A stretch of DNA of 64,000 bases from Octopus vulgaris. Taxonomy: Eukaryota. Positions 12,509-26,019 of the stretch are shown in pieces. The stretch is from assembly GCA_951406725.2 (NCBI GenBank), contig OX597833.1, forward strand, positions 62,558,001-62,622,000, in the 5' to 3' direction. Position 1 is the stretch's first letter, and the number at the start of each line of letters is the position of its first letter. A program made the translations under genes and the position numbers. The notes under the pieces are model-generated. The model was not told the origin of the DNA. It saw only the letters and a program-made list of their open reading frames with translations, and did no database searches.

Positions 12509-14167
12509 GTTGGGTTTTTGTGCACAACTGTGGTGTAATTTAGAGTTGTAACATAAAAAAATATATATATCTGAAATAAATATAAGTAATATTTAACACG
12601 AGAGGAAGTAAGTAAACTGGGCTTATATGGGACATTCAATAACATACTAGATGTGTCTTTATTAGTGTTATTTAATGAAAATGTTAATTACTATATTATG
12701 TGGAGATTATAGTAAGCGAAGCAGATAACAGAATGGTTAAGAAATTTAGTTGAATGCATATCCCACGTGAAGAAAAGAACTGTAATGTTTTGAATGAAAC
12801 CCTTTCTTCTGAAGGGGAAATATCAGATAGAGATTAATTGATTCTTTTGAAGTGTCCACTAATGAGAAATTAATAATGTATAATAATCAGTAATTCAGAG
12901 ACATGATGCATTAAAGACCAACTACTAATGTCTTGCTGAGGAGGAAAAAAAAAATTGTAATGTTAAACTTCTTTAGTGATCAATAATGAATAATAATCTA
13001 ATTTGTTAATCAGTGTGTGTAGTGGTGTGTAGGTTGAGGCCATTGACACCTGCATACCTTACTTCAATAATAGTGAGACTGGTGTGGCAAGCACCCAGTC
13101 TGATCATCTACAGGTCAATGACTGCTGCAAAAAGGTTAGGGGGAAGAAACAGGACCCGACCCGAATGTTCGTATCCCACAGGAATCCAAGGACCAGCTAA
13201 TAAATGAGTCAACCCGAAGGAGAGCTGACACCCAGAAGGACCCAAGGACTAGCTGATAGTGTTAAACAGCATGGTGTACCAGTGTTATTATACATGAGCA
13301 TCAAAGGTCAAGGTGGTAGTATCAAACCAGATCATGTAATAAAACAGGTTGCTCGTTTACGGCTAATTAATGATTATGATAAACACAAAGCAGAAAGAGA
13401 GAACGGAAGGAAGACAGCATTTAGTAGACTCCAATAAATAAAATTTCAGCATTAATGAGAAATCTGAGAAAATAAATAGCTTCAGGTAAACATTAAAAAA
13501 CATGAAAACCATGCAATAGATTTAATTAATACAAGGCTCTTAATTACAGAGATGTGTGTGTGTGTGTGTGTGTGTGCGCGTGCATACATACACACAAAAT
13601 TTGATGGCATAAAAGACATACAGGTATATTAGATGCACCTGAATTTCAATAATGCATATTCAGGGGGGGAAAAAATTAGACTTTTTGTGTATTAAAGCAT
13701 TTAATATAGGCCCAAATTTGCATATTGGACCTAGGAAGATTTTTTTTGGTTTTTTTTTGTGGGGTGGGGGACGTTTTATATACCATCAATTACGGCATGT
13801 GTGTGTGTATATGAAGGAAGAAAGATATAAAAGCTGCCAATCTTCGACAACCAACACATTAGATGTTAGTTACTGAAACAATAAATGTTAGCAGAAAACA
13901 GAAAAAGGAAAATGTAAAATACTTTGAAAACAGATTCCACCTCTCCTGTCATCCACATCAACTTGTTTCGTCCCTATCCTCCCTAGTATTTTCATCTTAT
14001 TATAAAGAGTTTTCACCTTATAAAAAAGTTGTCATCTCGTTAAAATAGTTCTCTTCTAATTAAAACAGTTATTTTCCTACTAAAGCAGCTTTTATCTTCA
14101 TATTAAAACAGTTTGCTTCTTATGCCTGACACCATTCACAGCTCAATGGTATGTTTTCTACACCAAG

Positions 14168-14370
14168 AAGGTGGCGAGCTGGAAGAAACGTTAGCACGCC
14201 GGGTGAAATGCTTAGCAGTATTTCGTCTGCCGTTACACTGTGAGTTCAAATTCTGCCGAGGTCGACTTTGCCTTTCATCCTTTCGGAGTCGATAAATTAA
14301 GCACCAGTTATGCCCTGTCCTTGTTTGTCCCCTCTGTGTTTAGCCCCTTCTGGGTAGTAAAGAAATAGGT
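14168..14370 (+). mobile_element. SINE family C
   Basis: ggcgagctgg...gagttcaaattctgccgaggtcgactttgcctttcatcc; B-box-like GAGTTCAAATTC; many copies. Confidence 0.75.
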
Positions 14371-14539
14371 ATGCATTCTACACAAATTGTCAACAAGGAG
14401 GATTCCTCTCCCGCAGCAATTTCAACATTGATGGTCTTCCCACGCTTGTGTACAACACATCTCTATTTTAGCCAATGCCACCCCGAGCACTTGTTTTTGT
14501 TTTGTTAGCCTCCAAGAGGAAATGTTTTTTGTGTTTTAT

Positions 14540-14720
14540 CCCATCCCCTTCCTATTGGTAATTCCTGACCTGGCAGTGTTTCAGGAACGTGTTATCTGTT
14601 TACGAGAAATTGTCCAGGCACGAGATTTCAGTGCCACCCTAATGTCCAAGATGCGGGCAGGATAAAGAAACTATCCTGCACGCGCTTGTACAGTGCACCC
14701 AGCTTTCGGAGATGACCCAG
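14540..14720 (+). mobile_element. L1/Tx1-type LINE ORF2 zinc-knuckle fragment
   Basis: LTWQCFRNVLSVYEKLSRH...CPRCGQDKETILHALVQC (zf-RVT pattern), with an in-frame stop. Confidence 0.65.
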
Positions 14721-15444
14721 CAACAGCCAGTCGGGGCGGCGCCGGCAACGACCACGTTCGGATGGCTCTTTTACGTGCCACCGGCACTGGTATCACAACT
14801 ACAATTTCCATTGATTTTTGAGCGATTTCGATTTTGATTTATAATTAAAATGTATAATTAGAATGAGCAGAAAAGAATCAGATTTGAGCTGAGAGAGATA
14901 GTTAGCAGTACAATTTATTGTAGTACTAAATAAGCAGATAGTATGTTATTGTGTCCCGCAGCAGAAGCCGAATGGAGAAGAAGATAATTATCATTATTAT
15001 TATGATTAATTATAAAATACACAGAGGCATGCTAATAAAAAGCTCTTAAAAATCTGCAGTTGAATAGAAGGAAAAAATCAGTTTATAAAACCATACATAC
15101 ACACATAAACATACATAAAAATATTTCGCAGGTATCTGTCTATATACAGACCTATTCAATATGTTTTATCTGATACTCCGTGCATAGTATTGAAAAGAAA
15201 TCTAGAAATATATATAATGTCCAAACATTTATTTGGAAAAAAATGCAGATGAATAAAAATGGATTTCAACACTAAGAGTTAATGTTTATTCCATTTACTG
15301 TTTTTTGTTTTTAAATTCCACAGACAAATATTTATGAATCTGTAGATTCTTTAGCATTGAGAGAGATTGAGGAAAGCTGCAGACCTAAAAATATATTTTG
15401 ATTTCAGACCAAAACCATGAAAATGAGGATGGTAACAATAATCC

Positions 15445-15856
15445 TTACTGCTATAGGCACAAGGCCTGAAATTTGTAGGGAGGGGGTAAGTTGATCACAT
15501 CAACCCCAGTACTTCCCTGGTACTTAATTTATTGACCCACCCAGGAGGATGACAGGCATAGTCGACCTCGGCGGAATTTGAACTCAGAATAACTAAACAT
15601 TTTGTCAGGCATGCTACTGATTCTGCTAGCTCGCTGCCTTAATAATAATAATAATAATCCTTTCTGCTATAGGTGCAAGGCCTGAAATGAGGAGGGAGTA
15701 GTCGATTACATCAAGCCCAAAGCCCAACTGCTACTTATTTTATTGACCCCAAATGGATGAAAGGTAAAGCTAAACCCGGCGAAATTTGAACTCAGAATAT
15801 AAAAGATGGGTGAAATGCCACCAAGCGTTTTGTCCTTGTATGCTGACAATTCTGCC

Positions 15857-15898
<42 letters not shown>

Positions 15899-16895
15899 GT
15901 AATCCTTTCTACTAAAGGCACAATAATAATAATAATAATAGTAATAAGTTTGGAAGAGGGAGTAAACCGATTACATTGACCCCTCATTTTATCAGCACCA
16001 AAGGGGAGGAAGGGCAAAGTTGACCTCAGCGGAATTTGAACTCAAAATGTAAAGACAGATTTAATGCCATCAAGCAATTAGCCTGGCATGCTAACGATTC
16101 TGCCAGTAATAATCCTCGCAGCTATAGGCACAAGGCCTGAAATTGGGCGGGGGGAGGGGGGAGCTAGTTGATTACATTGACCCCAGTACTCGACTGGTAT
16201 TCATTTTATTGACCCCCGAAAGGATGAAAGGCAAAGTTGACCTCAACGGAATTTGAACTCGGAACATTGAAGACAGACGAAATGCAGCTGAGCATTTTGA
16301 CCAGTGTGCTAACAATTCTGCCACAGAAATCAGAACCAAAATCGAAGTCGATCAACATCAATGGAAATTGCAGCTGTGATACCAGTGCCGGTGACACATA
16401 AGCGAACCATCCGATCGTGGCCGTTGCCAGCCTAGCCTGGCCCCCGTGCCGGTGGCACGTAAAAAGCACCACCCAATCATGGCCGTTGCCAGCCTCGCCT
16501 CCGTCTGGCTGCTGTGCCGGTGGCACGTAAAAAGCACCCACTACACTCACGAAGTGGTTGGCGTTAGGAAGGGCATCCAGCCGTAGAAACACTGCCAGAT
16601 CAGACTGGAGCCTGGTGCAGCCTTCTGGCTTCCCAGACCCCAGTTGAACTGTCCAACCCATGGAAAGCGGACGCTAAATGATGATGATGATGATGAATAA
16701 TCCCTTCTAATATAGGCACTAGGCCTGAAATTTGGTAGTGGGGTAGGGGACTAGTTGATTACATCGACTCCTAAATTACTGGCCCTGAAATGATGAAAGG
16801 CAAAGTAAACCATGACAGATTTTGAGCTCAGAATGTAGCGATGGATGAAATACAGCTAAGCATTTCATTCGGCGTGCTAACGATTCTGCCAGCTC
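15445..16895 (-). mobile_element. Cluster of five co-oriented family C SINEs separated by (AAT)n
   Basis: Copies at ~15445-15640, 15660-15860, 15950-16105, 16120-16322, 16700-16895. Confidence 0.75.
16330..16695 (+). mobile_element. SINE-like family B
   Basis: Long copy with subrepeats and (TGA)n tail. Confidence 0.75.
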
Positions 16896-17309
16896 AATAA
16901 TCTACTATAATAATACTCCTGTATTTTTCTCCGTTACAACATATGAATGAGAAAGGAGGGGGGGTGATAGATGAATAAGGAAGGAAAAGGGTGACAGTAG
17001 ACTGGTTGTGGGAGCGTTTCGACTGTGTGGAAGTGGGATGGTGAACATTCAATGCTGAAAAGAAGAATCAAACAGCATTTCAACTCTGCGTGAGTATATA
17101 TGTGTGTGTGTGTGTGCGAGTGTGTACAAGGGAAATATGTGAATGTTTGTATGTGTGAACCAGCATCCTTTCAGTAACCATGATTGATGTCACATCTCAA
17201 AAGACAACTGTCTTGGTTTGATTTACTAACCATATTTATATATAAAATACTACAATTAGCCATCATTTTTGATGGCAAGGGGGCAGCTAGTAATAATAAT
17301 AATAATAGC

Positions 17310-17350
<41 letters not shown>

Positions 17351-17797
17351 AATGAACGAGACATATTTTTGTAATGGTTCGTTTGGAAGTTTACCATCAA
17401 CTAAATTTTATGATTTTAGTAAAGCTTAATTGAAATATTCTGAGCTGAAAGCTGGGAGAAAGACAGAAAGAAAGAATGGTTAAAATGAAAAAAAAAAAAA
17501 AAGGAAAGAAAGGAAGAAGTTAGGTAACTGCAGATTTGAGTATTGGAGAACCATCAGATCCAGAGCCTGTAAAGTATGGAAGAACAATATGATCAAAAAG
17601 TTAGTAAGAATGGAAAAAAGCATAAATGACAAGAAGATGGTGAGTTAGAGAAATGAAATAAAAAGAAAAAAGATGAAAAACACAGAGAACAAGAATTTGG
17701 TAAGTAAGAACTTCAAACATAGCAAAAGTAAAAGAGAAATATTTGGGTTAGTGAGAGAGAGAACACAAGATCATATATATACATATATATATATATA

Positions 17798-18189
17798 CTA
17801 GCAGTATCGCCCGGCGTTGCTCGGGTTTGTAAGGGAAATAACTATATAAGCATTTTTAGAGATGTAAATATAATAGCCATCTCAATATAGCTAACCACAA
17901 AGGGGGGGGTTACTGTAGCTTTTTACGTTCTGAGATTTAATAATAAATTTTTACAGAGTTACTTCCCTTATATATGCCAAAAATGCATTAAAAATGGGAA
18001 AAATTGATGGTAAATTTTTTTTTTAAATCGTAGACTCATCGTAGACGTGCGCTAATACCCAGAAGGGCTCGATATGAATCACGACTATAATCACGGTTTT
18101 GGCTAAACTGCACCGCAAAATGTGGGAGTAGTTAGGAATCTAAATTGTAGGAGACAGACAGCACACAACCTCACTTTTATATATAAGGA
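17798..18189 (-). mobile_element. Non-autonomous Helitron
   Basis: Minus strand begins TC, ends with hairpin cccgagcaacgccggg then CTAG, inserted between A and T. Confidence 0.75.
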
Positions 18190-18316
18190 TATGTATATAT
18201 ATGAAGGCATGTGGTGCAAGTAAATAGTTAAATAAATCAGGATAGACAGCAGGCATTGAAACAAAGAACTCATCCCTGTGTAACAATGTACTGATAATAA
18301 AAGAATTCATCTGCAG

Positions 18317-18359
<43 letters not shown>

Positions 18360-18510
18360 GCAGACAATCACATTATAGAGGTTAAGATTTAAAGAGAATG
18401 TGCACAACAGAAAATATATTGAACTTACCTGATAGGTAGATGTGTATGTGTCTAATGTATACACATATACACAGAAGTGAATACACTTCCGTGTATGCAT
18501 GTGTGAATAT

Positions 18511-18562
<52 letters not shown>

Positions 18563-18749
18563 CATGCATGTATGTATGTATACATATATATGCATGTATA
18601 AAGCACTCAGTTGAGAAAAGAGGTTACAAGAATATCTTTGTTGGTTGCCAATAGTATCTTACACCAACGACAATACAACTCACCTTTCCTGAAATAACTC
18701 CCTTAACTTGCTCAATGTACATTAGTGATGTTATGGATTGAGATAGAAG

Positions 18750-18795
<46 letters not shown>

Positions 18796-18944
18796 AAGTA
18801 GTTGAATGAATTATCTTAGTATGGATAATTCGGTTAACCAATACCTGGGTAGCAAATTCACGTCAGAAAAACATGGTTGAAGCTACATGCCAAGGGCAGA
18901 GATCACGTGCTTTCATGTGGAAATTTGTGTGTTTTTTTAATACA

Positions 18945-19235
18945 AATAAATGAAAGAATGGAGTTGAACGACGATTTAACAAAATTCCTTTATTCTTGAC
19001 ATATGTTTCGAAGGCTGCATATTCCTAATTTCGAAGGAATTATCGCTATGGGCTCTGTGTGGGCAGTCATCTAAGAGCTTTTGTTCATCTTGATGCTGAC
19101 ATAAGTTCCTTGTTTTTCCTGATGAGAAGGCGGCATAATGCACCCCTTATTCCTTTGAAATTAGGAATATGCAGCTTTCGAAACATGTCGAGAATAAAGG
19201 AATTTTGTTAAATCGTCGTTCAACTCTATTCTTTC

Positions 19236-19243
<8 letters not shown>
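18945..19243. mobile_element. Penelope-like pLTR fragment with inverted partial copy
   Basis: ~95-bp arms 18945-19040 and 19149-19243 are reverse complements; right arm carries the hammerhead 3' half and AATAAA; embedded near (TA)n. Confidence 0.65.
19106..19202 (+). ncRNA. Minimal type I hammerhead ribozyme of Penelope-like element type
   Basis: CTGATGA 19119-19125; stem II GAAGGCGGCATA/TATGCAGCTTTC; GAAA 19180-19183; palindromic ACATGT stem III; GTC site 19187-19189; stem I TTCCTTGTTTTTC/GAGAATAAAGGAA. Confidence 0.7.
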
Positions 19244-19292
<49 letters not shown>

Positions 19293-19295
<3 letters not shown>

Positions 19296-19454
19296 TTTAT
19301 TTAAAAGCAGCAGAAATTCAACAAAACCTGTTACTCGGTGTTCCACGTTCCCGTTCCTCAAACAGTTTTTGCTTTTAAATAAAGCATATTACTCTACCCT
19401 TGGTATTTGAGTACTCTTTTTTCTACCTTGTTTCACATTTATGTGTTTACTCCA

Positions 19455-19509
<55 letters not shown>

Positions 19510-19598
19510 GTTTTTGCTTTTAAATAAAGCATGTTACTCTACCCCTGGTATTTGAGTACTCTTTTTTCCACCTTGTTTCACATTTATGTGTTTACTCT

Positions 19599-19601
<3 letters not shown>
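19293..19601. mobile_element. Second Penelope-like short repeat with tandem partial copy
   Basis: ctttatttaaaagca...tgcttttaaataaag inverted ends; 19366-19455 repeated at 19510-19601 across (TA)n; degenerate hammerhead-like fold on the minus strand. Confidence 0.4.
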
Positions 19602-19642
<41 letters not shown>

Positions 19643-20394
19643 AAACAAGAATAGTGGTGTGGTAGCAAAGTTTGGTTCATAACCATTGGGTTTTGGGTTC
19701 CATCTCACTGCATGGCGCTTTGTGCATAGATTGTCTACTTTTGCTTCAAGCTGGCCAATGAACACCTTCAGTAAAATTGGCAGGTTGAAGTTTGTTTGTT
19801 TGTGTGTGTGTGTGTGTGTGTGTGTTTGAATGTGATCTAGTTTTATTTCAAGATTTCTTGCCAATAGACAAAGAGCCAGTTTCTGTATGTATGCTTTCGC
19901 CCCTCTCTGTTAGGGTGCACACCTTCACACACATGACGAGAACTTCTGCCAACCATATTCAACCACAAGGCTTCGGTCAGCCCAAGCCTATATAGCAGAA
20001 GACACTCGCCTAAGGTGCCACATGGTGTGATTGAACCCAAAACTATGCGGCTGAGAAGCAAGCTTTCTAACCACACAGCTATATTCACATATATCATATA
20101 CATTGTCTACACACATCTATGAATATCCAAAAATCAATAAAAACAACACAGTAAACTTGCTGAGAGGAGTGGAAAAACCAAACATTTCAGAGTGCCTCCT
20201 CATGGAAAAAGTGACAGGAGTGAAATTTAAAAGAAACAGCAGAGTTTCCCGAAGGGACTCTCCAAAATTCTGAAATGTGGGATTTTCCATGTCAAAAGAC
20301 AAATTCACTGCATTCTTTTAATTAATTTTACTAAATACAAGTCTTATCAACATAGACTAACATCAGTCTCTTTGAGGTTTGATTACATATAATA

Positions 20395-20645
20395 ATAAAT
20401 AAATGCGCCCTTTTAAAGCCTAACCAGGCTCATGGGCCTGGTTTTCCAGTTTCTATGGCGTATGTGTTCCCCAGCTGGACAGGGTGCCAGTCCATCGCAG
20501 CGTTATTCATTTTTGCCAGCTGAGTGGACTGGAGCAACGTGAAATGAAATGTTTTGCTCAAGAGCACAATGCATCGCCCGGTTCAGGAATCGAAACCACA
20601 ACCTTACGATCATGATGCTGACACCCTAACCACTAAGCCACGCAT
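20395..20645 (-). mobile_element. SINE family D (tRNA-derived)
   Basis: Minus strand gtggcttagtggttagggtg...ggtttcgattcctg (A/B boxes). Confidence 0.7.
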
Positions 20646-20992
20646 GTCTCCACCTGATTACATATACATACTTACACATCTATATATCCAACTTAACATG
20701 AATGTCAAGTCGGAACACCAAATACTGCAAAAAAGGTACGCACATAGATCATAGCAGAGAAGACTCTCTTTCGTTGAATTGCTAAGTTATGGAGATGTAT
20801 ACACATGAAAAGTTTCTTTCAGTTTCCATCTACCAGATCCACTTACAAGGCATTAATCAGTCCGAGGCTGTAGCAGGTGGAGACACTTGCCCAAGGTTTC
20901 ATGCAGTGGGACTTAACCAGGAACCGTGTGGTTAGGAAACAGACTTCATTACCACACAGCCATACCCTTGCCATTTTATATATATCATCACT

Positions 20993-21345
20993 AGGCATAG
21001 GAGTGGCTGTGTGGTAAGTAGCTTGCTTACGAACCACATGGTTCCGGGTTCAGTCCCACTGCGTGGCACCTTGGGCAAGTGTCTTCTACTATAGCCTCGG
21101 GCCGACCAAAGCCTTGTGAGTGGATTCGGTAGACGGAAACTGAAAGAAGCCCGTCGTATATATGTGTGTGTATGTTTGTGTGTCTGTGTTCGTCCCCGTC
21201 ACTTAGCGGTTCGGCAAAAGAGACCGATAGAATAAGTACTAGGCTTACAAAGAATAAGTCCTGGGGTCGATTTGTTCGACTAAAGGCGGTGCTCCAGCAT
21301 GGCCGCAGTCAAATGACTGAAACAAAATAAAAGAATAAAAGAAAG
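20993..21345 (+). mobile_element. SINE family A
   Basis: Colinear; preceded by an inverted head at ~20810-20970. Confidence 0.85.
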
Positions 21346-21514
21346 AATCATCATCATCATCGTTTAACATCCACCCTCCATGCTGGCATGGGTTGGATAG
21401 TTTCATAGGAGCTGGCCAAGCAGGAGCCTGCAGAAGACTGCTATGTCTGTTTTGGCATGGTTTTTACACCTGGATGCCATTCCTAATGCCGACCATCCAG
21501 TAGAGTGGACTATA

Positions 21515-21708
21515 CTTTTACTCTTTTACTTGTTTCCATCATTTGACTGCGGCCATGCTGGAGCACCGCCGTTAGTCCAGCAAATTGACCCCAGGACTAA
21601 TTCTTTGGAAGCCTAGTACTTATTCTATTGGTCTCTTTTGCCGAACCACTAAGTTACGGGAATGTAAACACACCAGCATCAATTGTCAAGCGATGTTGGG
21701 AGGGACAA

Positions 21709-21770
<62 letters not shown>

Positions 21771-21855
21771 GACGGGCTTTTTTCAGTTTCCACTTACCAA
21801 ATCCACTAACAAGGCTTTGGTCGGCCCGAGGCCATAGCAGAAGACACTTGCCCAA
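21515..21855 (-). mobile_element. SINE family A (head truncated)
   Basis: Colinear with family A. Confidence 0.8.
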
Positions 21856-22003
21856 TCCAACATCCCCAAATCTTGTTAAATGATTTAGCCATAATATTTG
21901 TGTGATCAGACCATGCGAATAATAATGAGTCTAGCATTTTAAGTTTTCTATTTTTGACAATGATTAAACATAAATTTTAATCAAGTATATATATATATAT
22001 ATA

Positions 22004-22051
<48 letters not shown>

Positions 22052-22715
22052 AACACTACGCTCATTATTCTATTAAGAGATGATGAAATGAGCAATGTTT
22101 ATATTCACACAAGAATTCAGTACTGATAGCACAACTGTTACAAGTAACCAATTAAGTTACTGTTAGTAGGTAGAGAGAGAGAGAGAGAGAGAGAGCAAAT
22201 ATTATTGGCAATTTAGTGCTGTGATAATAAATTTCTCTCAAAGAATTAGCAGAATTCAGCATTTTATCACTCCCTTGGTTACAGCGAGGAGCGTTCCAGT
22301 TGATCCCATCAACAGAACAGCCTTCTCATGCAATTAATGTGCATGTGGCTGAGCACTCCACAGACATGTCTAACAACAACCGAAGAGTATTTGATTAGAT
22401 TTTATCTGTGTACTGGTGCAGGGGACAAAGGGGCAGGACAACTCCTTGGATCTTCAGTAACAGAAAGACTTTGTTTAGGTTTTGTGTGTCAGGGTGCTTG
22501 CATCTTAAGGACAATTATTTCACTTCCTACCTTTGACGCAGTCACAGTCAATTGTCTCTTTTGTGTTGGAAATATCAGAAAAGACCAAATTGAGCAGGTA
22601 CCCTTAGAGGACATAGGTAATGCATAATGCCGATCAGGTGAAATGATAATAAGTGTAGCATACAACTTGAGAGAAATTCCTCTCTCTCTCTGTTATACAT
22701 ATACATAAATACGGA

Positions 22716-23640
22716 TGTAGTGGATAACAGCTAGCCTTCAGCCGCCCTTTTGGACCCTGTTGTGTTCACTACTCTGATTGGTTGGTATTGGCGCAATTTG
22801 ATTCTTGCTCTATTGCGTGCCAAGATGCAACCCAACCAATCACAGCCTTCTGATAAGGACACATGAGACAGTCTCTTCTAAACCTCAGTTTGCGCCGACT
22901 GCACCGTATAAAACGCTAGCTTCACACCGTCTTGATGTCTTTCAGTTCCAGACCTTTTGAGGTCTAGCCACTGACCACAGAGGAGACAGCCAGTTCCAGT
23001 GACAATACAACATTCGCCACATGGAGACTCATCAACTTGGTCCAGCAGCATTCAGTGACCTCCATCTCTGTCGCCAGCATTTGTCCTAACATCAACATTA
23101 TCTCTCTCTGTACACAGCAACCAGCAACACTCACACAGGTACTATCACAACACTATTCGTGAATTACTTCACCATGGTTAGCAGCAAATACAACCTGCGA
23201 GAACTCCTGTAACAAGTGACCGGCAGTAGCATCGCAGCCACAACTTCTTATACGACATGTGCCTCAACCGGCTCTGCATTACAGCCACAACTTCTTGATA
23301 CAGCATTTCAACTATCGTGTCCCTTGACTACAAACTGGTATTTATCATCCTTGTGTCTGAACATTCTTCTAACGTCATATTATAGACTCTTTCAATGCTC
23401 TGTACCTAATGCACACACATACACTTTGTTTACATGACAGCCTGTCTATTATTATGTATATATGATGCACACACAGACACACATGTTAACCTATAAAAAA
23501 AATCTTCCCTTAAGCATTCTACCCGGTTGTGTCTCTCTTTTCCTTCTGGCACTTATACTCATTTATTCTCTTCATATATATTGTATTGACCTTGTGATGT
23601 GCAAAGGAGCCGTTCTCGGCACTTTCACTTCGCGCGGTCT
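22716..23640 (+). mobile_element. Possible LTR-like remnant
   Basis: Starts TGTAGTG, contains inverted CCAAT boxes (22786-22841) and TATAAAA (~22907), higher GC; no matching 3' end or TSD found. Confidence 0.3.
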
Positions 23641-23659
23641 CTCTCTCTCTCTCTCTCTC

Positions 23660-24063
23660 TTTTTTACTGTTTTACTTGTTTCAGTCATTTGACTGCGGCC
23701 ATGCTGGAGCACCGCCTTTAGTCGAGCAACTTGACCCCGGGACTTATTCTTTGTAAGCCCAGTACTTATTCTATCGGTCTCTTTTGCCGAACCGCTAAGT
23801 GACAGGGACGTAAACACACCAGCATTGGTTGTAAAGCAATGCTAGGGGTACAAACACAGACACACAAACACACACACATATATATATATATATACATATA
23901 TACGACAGGCTTCTTTCAGTTTCTGTCTACCAAATCCACTCACAAGGCTTTGGTCAGCCCGGGGCTATAGCAGAAGACACTTGCCCAAGATGCCACGCAG
24001 TGGGACTGAACCAGGAACCATGTGGTTGGTTAGCAAGCTACTTACCACACAGCTACTCCTGCG
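23660..24063 (-). mobile_element. SINE family A
   Basis: Full-length copy. Confidence 0.85.
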
Positions 24064-24761
24064 TCGTTTACGTAAGCAAATTACTTTAGCAGCAAATTCA
24101 AAAGAAAATGCTTTGCTTGAAGTCAGAAGTTGTAAGTGATGGAACAAAACAGGTTACTGTTCCACAAGCCAATATTGTTAAGTTATACAACAAATGAATG
24201 GGGGGAGGGGGAGTTGTTTTTTTTATGAAATAAGGGGACATTACAGAATTAGAATTAAAGAAGATCAAAAAAGTGGTGTTGGCATTTGTTTCACTTTTGT
24301 CCCATTTGGTAGCATGGAGCTTGTACTGTCAAAGTGAAAAGAACCTTTCCCTCTTATAATTCAAACAAATTGTTGCACCAAACTTAGAACCCAAATGACG
24401 AAACTGTCCTAAAACAATGAAACAAGTCCTTGAAACAGATTTGATGGTAAGAACCACTTGGTCAACAAAAATTATATGCAGAGAAGGGTGCAGTATGTGG
24501 AAAATGTGCCATGTTTGTATGTATTAAATGTCACGTTGGACTTCATCCTGATATAAGTTTTGAAGCTTACTATCAGAAAAGGTATAAATTGAATGATTCC
24601 CTGTCAAAGTGACTGTTAATATTAATGATTTTTTGGGTAATTTCTTCCAATAAAGAAATGTAAAGCATTTTCTTTATCCTTAAACTCCAATGCCCAGCAT
24701 ATGATACATCATATAAGAATAAAGTGAAAACTGCAAATTTCTTTGTAAAAAAACGAGTACT

Positions 24762-25081
24762 TTAACCCTTTTGTTAATATATTTTTGACCAAAATACACC
24801 CCTCATGAGTTTCAATTAAATTCTAAAATAATCATGAATTTAGGCTTGTTTCATTAAATAACTGTAACTTTTTTACTTATCAATATATTAATGTGATATT
24901 TTCTTCAAAGTTGAAGAAAAATCGATGCCAAAAAAATGTGGAAAAAAATCTCCCAAAATTCACTGAGTTGAGATATCACTTCAAGCAATGTTGGATACTA
25001 TAAGCCAACTATTTACAAAGTGAAATCACATGTTTTAACGAATGTACCAACGAGATTTGGGTTCAAATTTACATTTAAATA
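24762..25081 (-). mobile_element. Further-deleted inverted copy of the piggyBac element at 59527-60815
   Basis: 24762-24900 matches the reverse complement of ~60680-60819 and 24900-25081 matches ~59608-59787. Confidence 0.75.
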
Positions 25082-25574
25082 ACTGGCACGGAGGCAGTCG
25101 GGGCGGCGCTGGCAAAGGCCACGTTCGGATGGTTCTCTTATGTGCCACCAGCACTGTTGCCGCTTTTGATAATATTTTGGTAAATAAATATATTGGTTGA
25201 CTTTATTTTTTTTCTGTGTATTCACTGTATTGTATTGAACAAAATGGTTATGCGACCTACGCTCGTAGTTATCTCTGTTATCTGGCTTGCAGTGAAAAAA
25301 AGTTAGGTGACTCCTGCTGTAGAGGAACACACCCCTTATAATCCATGCAAGGGTGGAAAAATAAGTGTAAAATTATAATGATAATGCTGTTTAATCTTCC
25401 CTCGGTTGACTGCACAATATGCTTATGTGTACAGAATATTAGGTGAGAGGGGCTGATGTGTGAGTGTTAGTTATCTCTGTAACATATGCACACACACTTT
25501 GAATGTGTGACAGAATATAGACTAATTAAACATTAGGAATAACTAGTGTGTGTATGTCATCTCTGTAAGTGCTG

Positions 25575-25963
25575 TAAGTAGCTTGCTAACCAACCACATG
25601 GTTCCGGGTTCAGTCCCTCTGTGTGGCATCATGGGCAAGTGCCTTCTGCTATAGCCCTGGGCCGACCAATGCCTTGTGAGTGGATTTGGTAGACGGAAAC
25701 TGAAAGAGGCCTGTCGTATATATGTATATATATATATGTTTCTTTACTACCCACAAGGGGCTAAACATAGAGGGGACAAACAAGAACAGACAAACGAATT
25801 TAAGTCGATTATATCGACCCTAGTACGTAACTAGTACTTAATTTATCGACCCCGAAAGGATGAAAGGCAAAGTCAACCTCGGCGGAATTTGAAGTCGGAA
25901 CGTAACGGTAGACGAAATACGACTACGCATTTCGCCCGGCGTGCTAACGGTTCTGCCAGCTCG

Positions 25964-26019
<56 letters not shown>

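Noticed and set aside
18423-18453. Perfect CAG|GTAAGT donor on minus
   Set aside because: Nearest acceptor is poor and gives 23 nt, out of frame.
18678-18692. ttcag|GAAAG|gtgagt 5-nt exon
   Set aside because: No pyrimidine tract and frameshifting.
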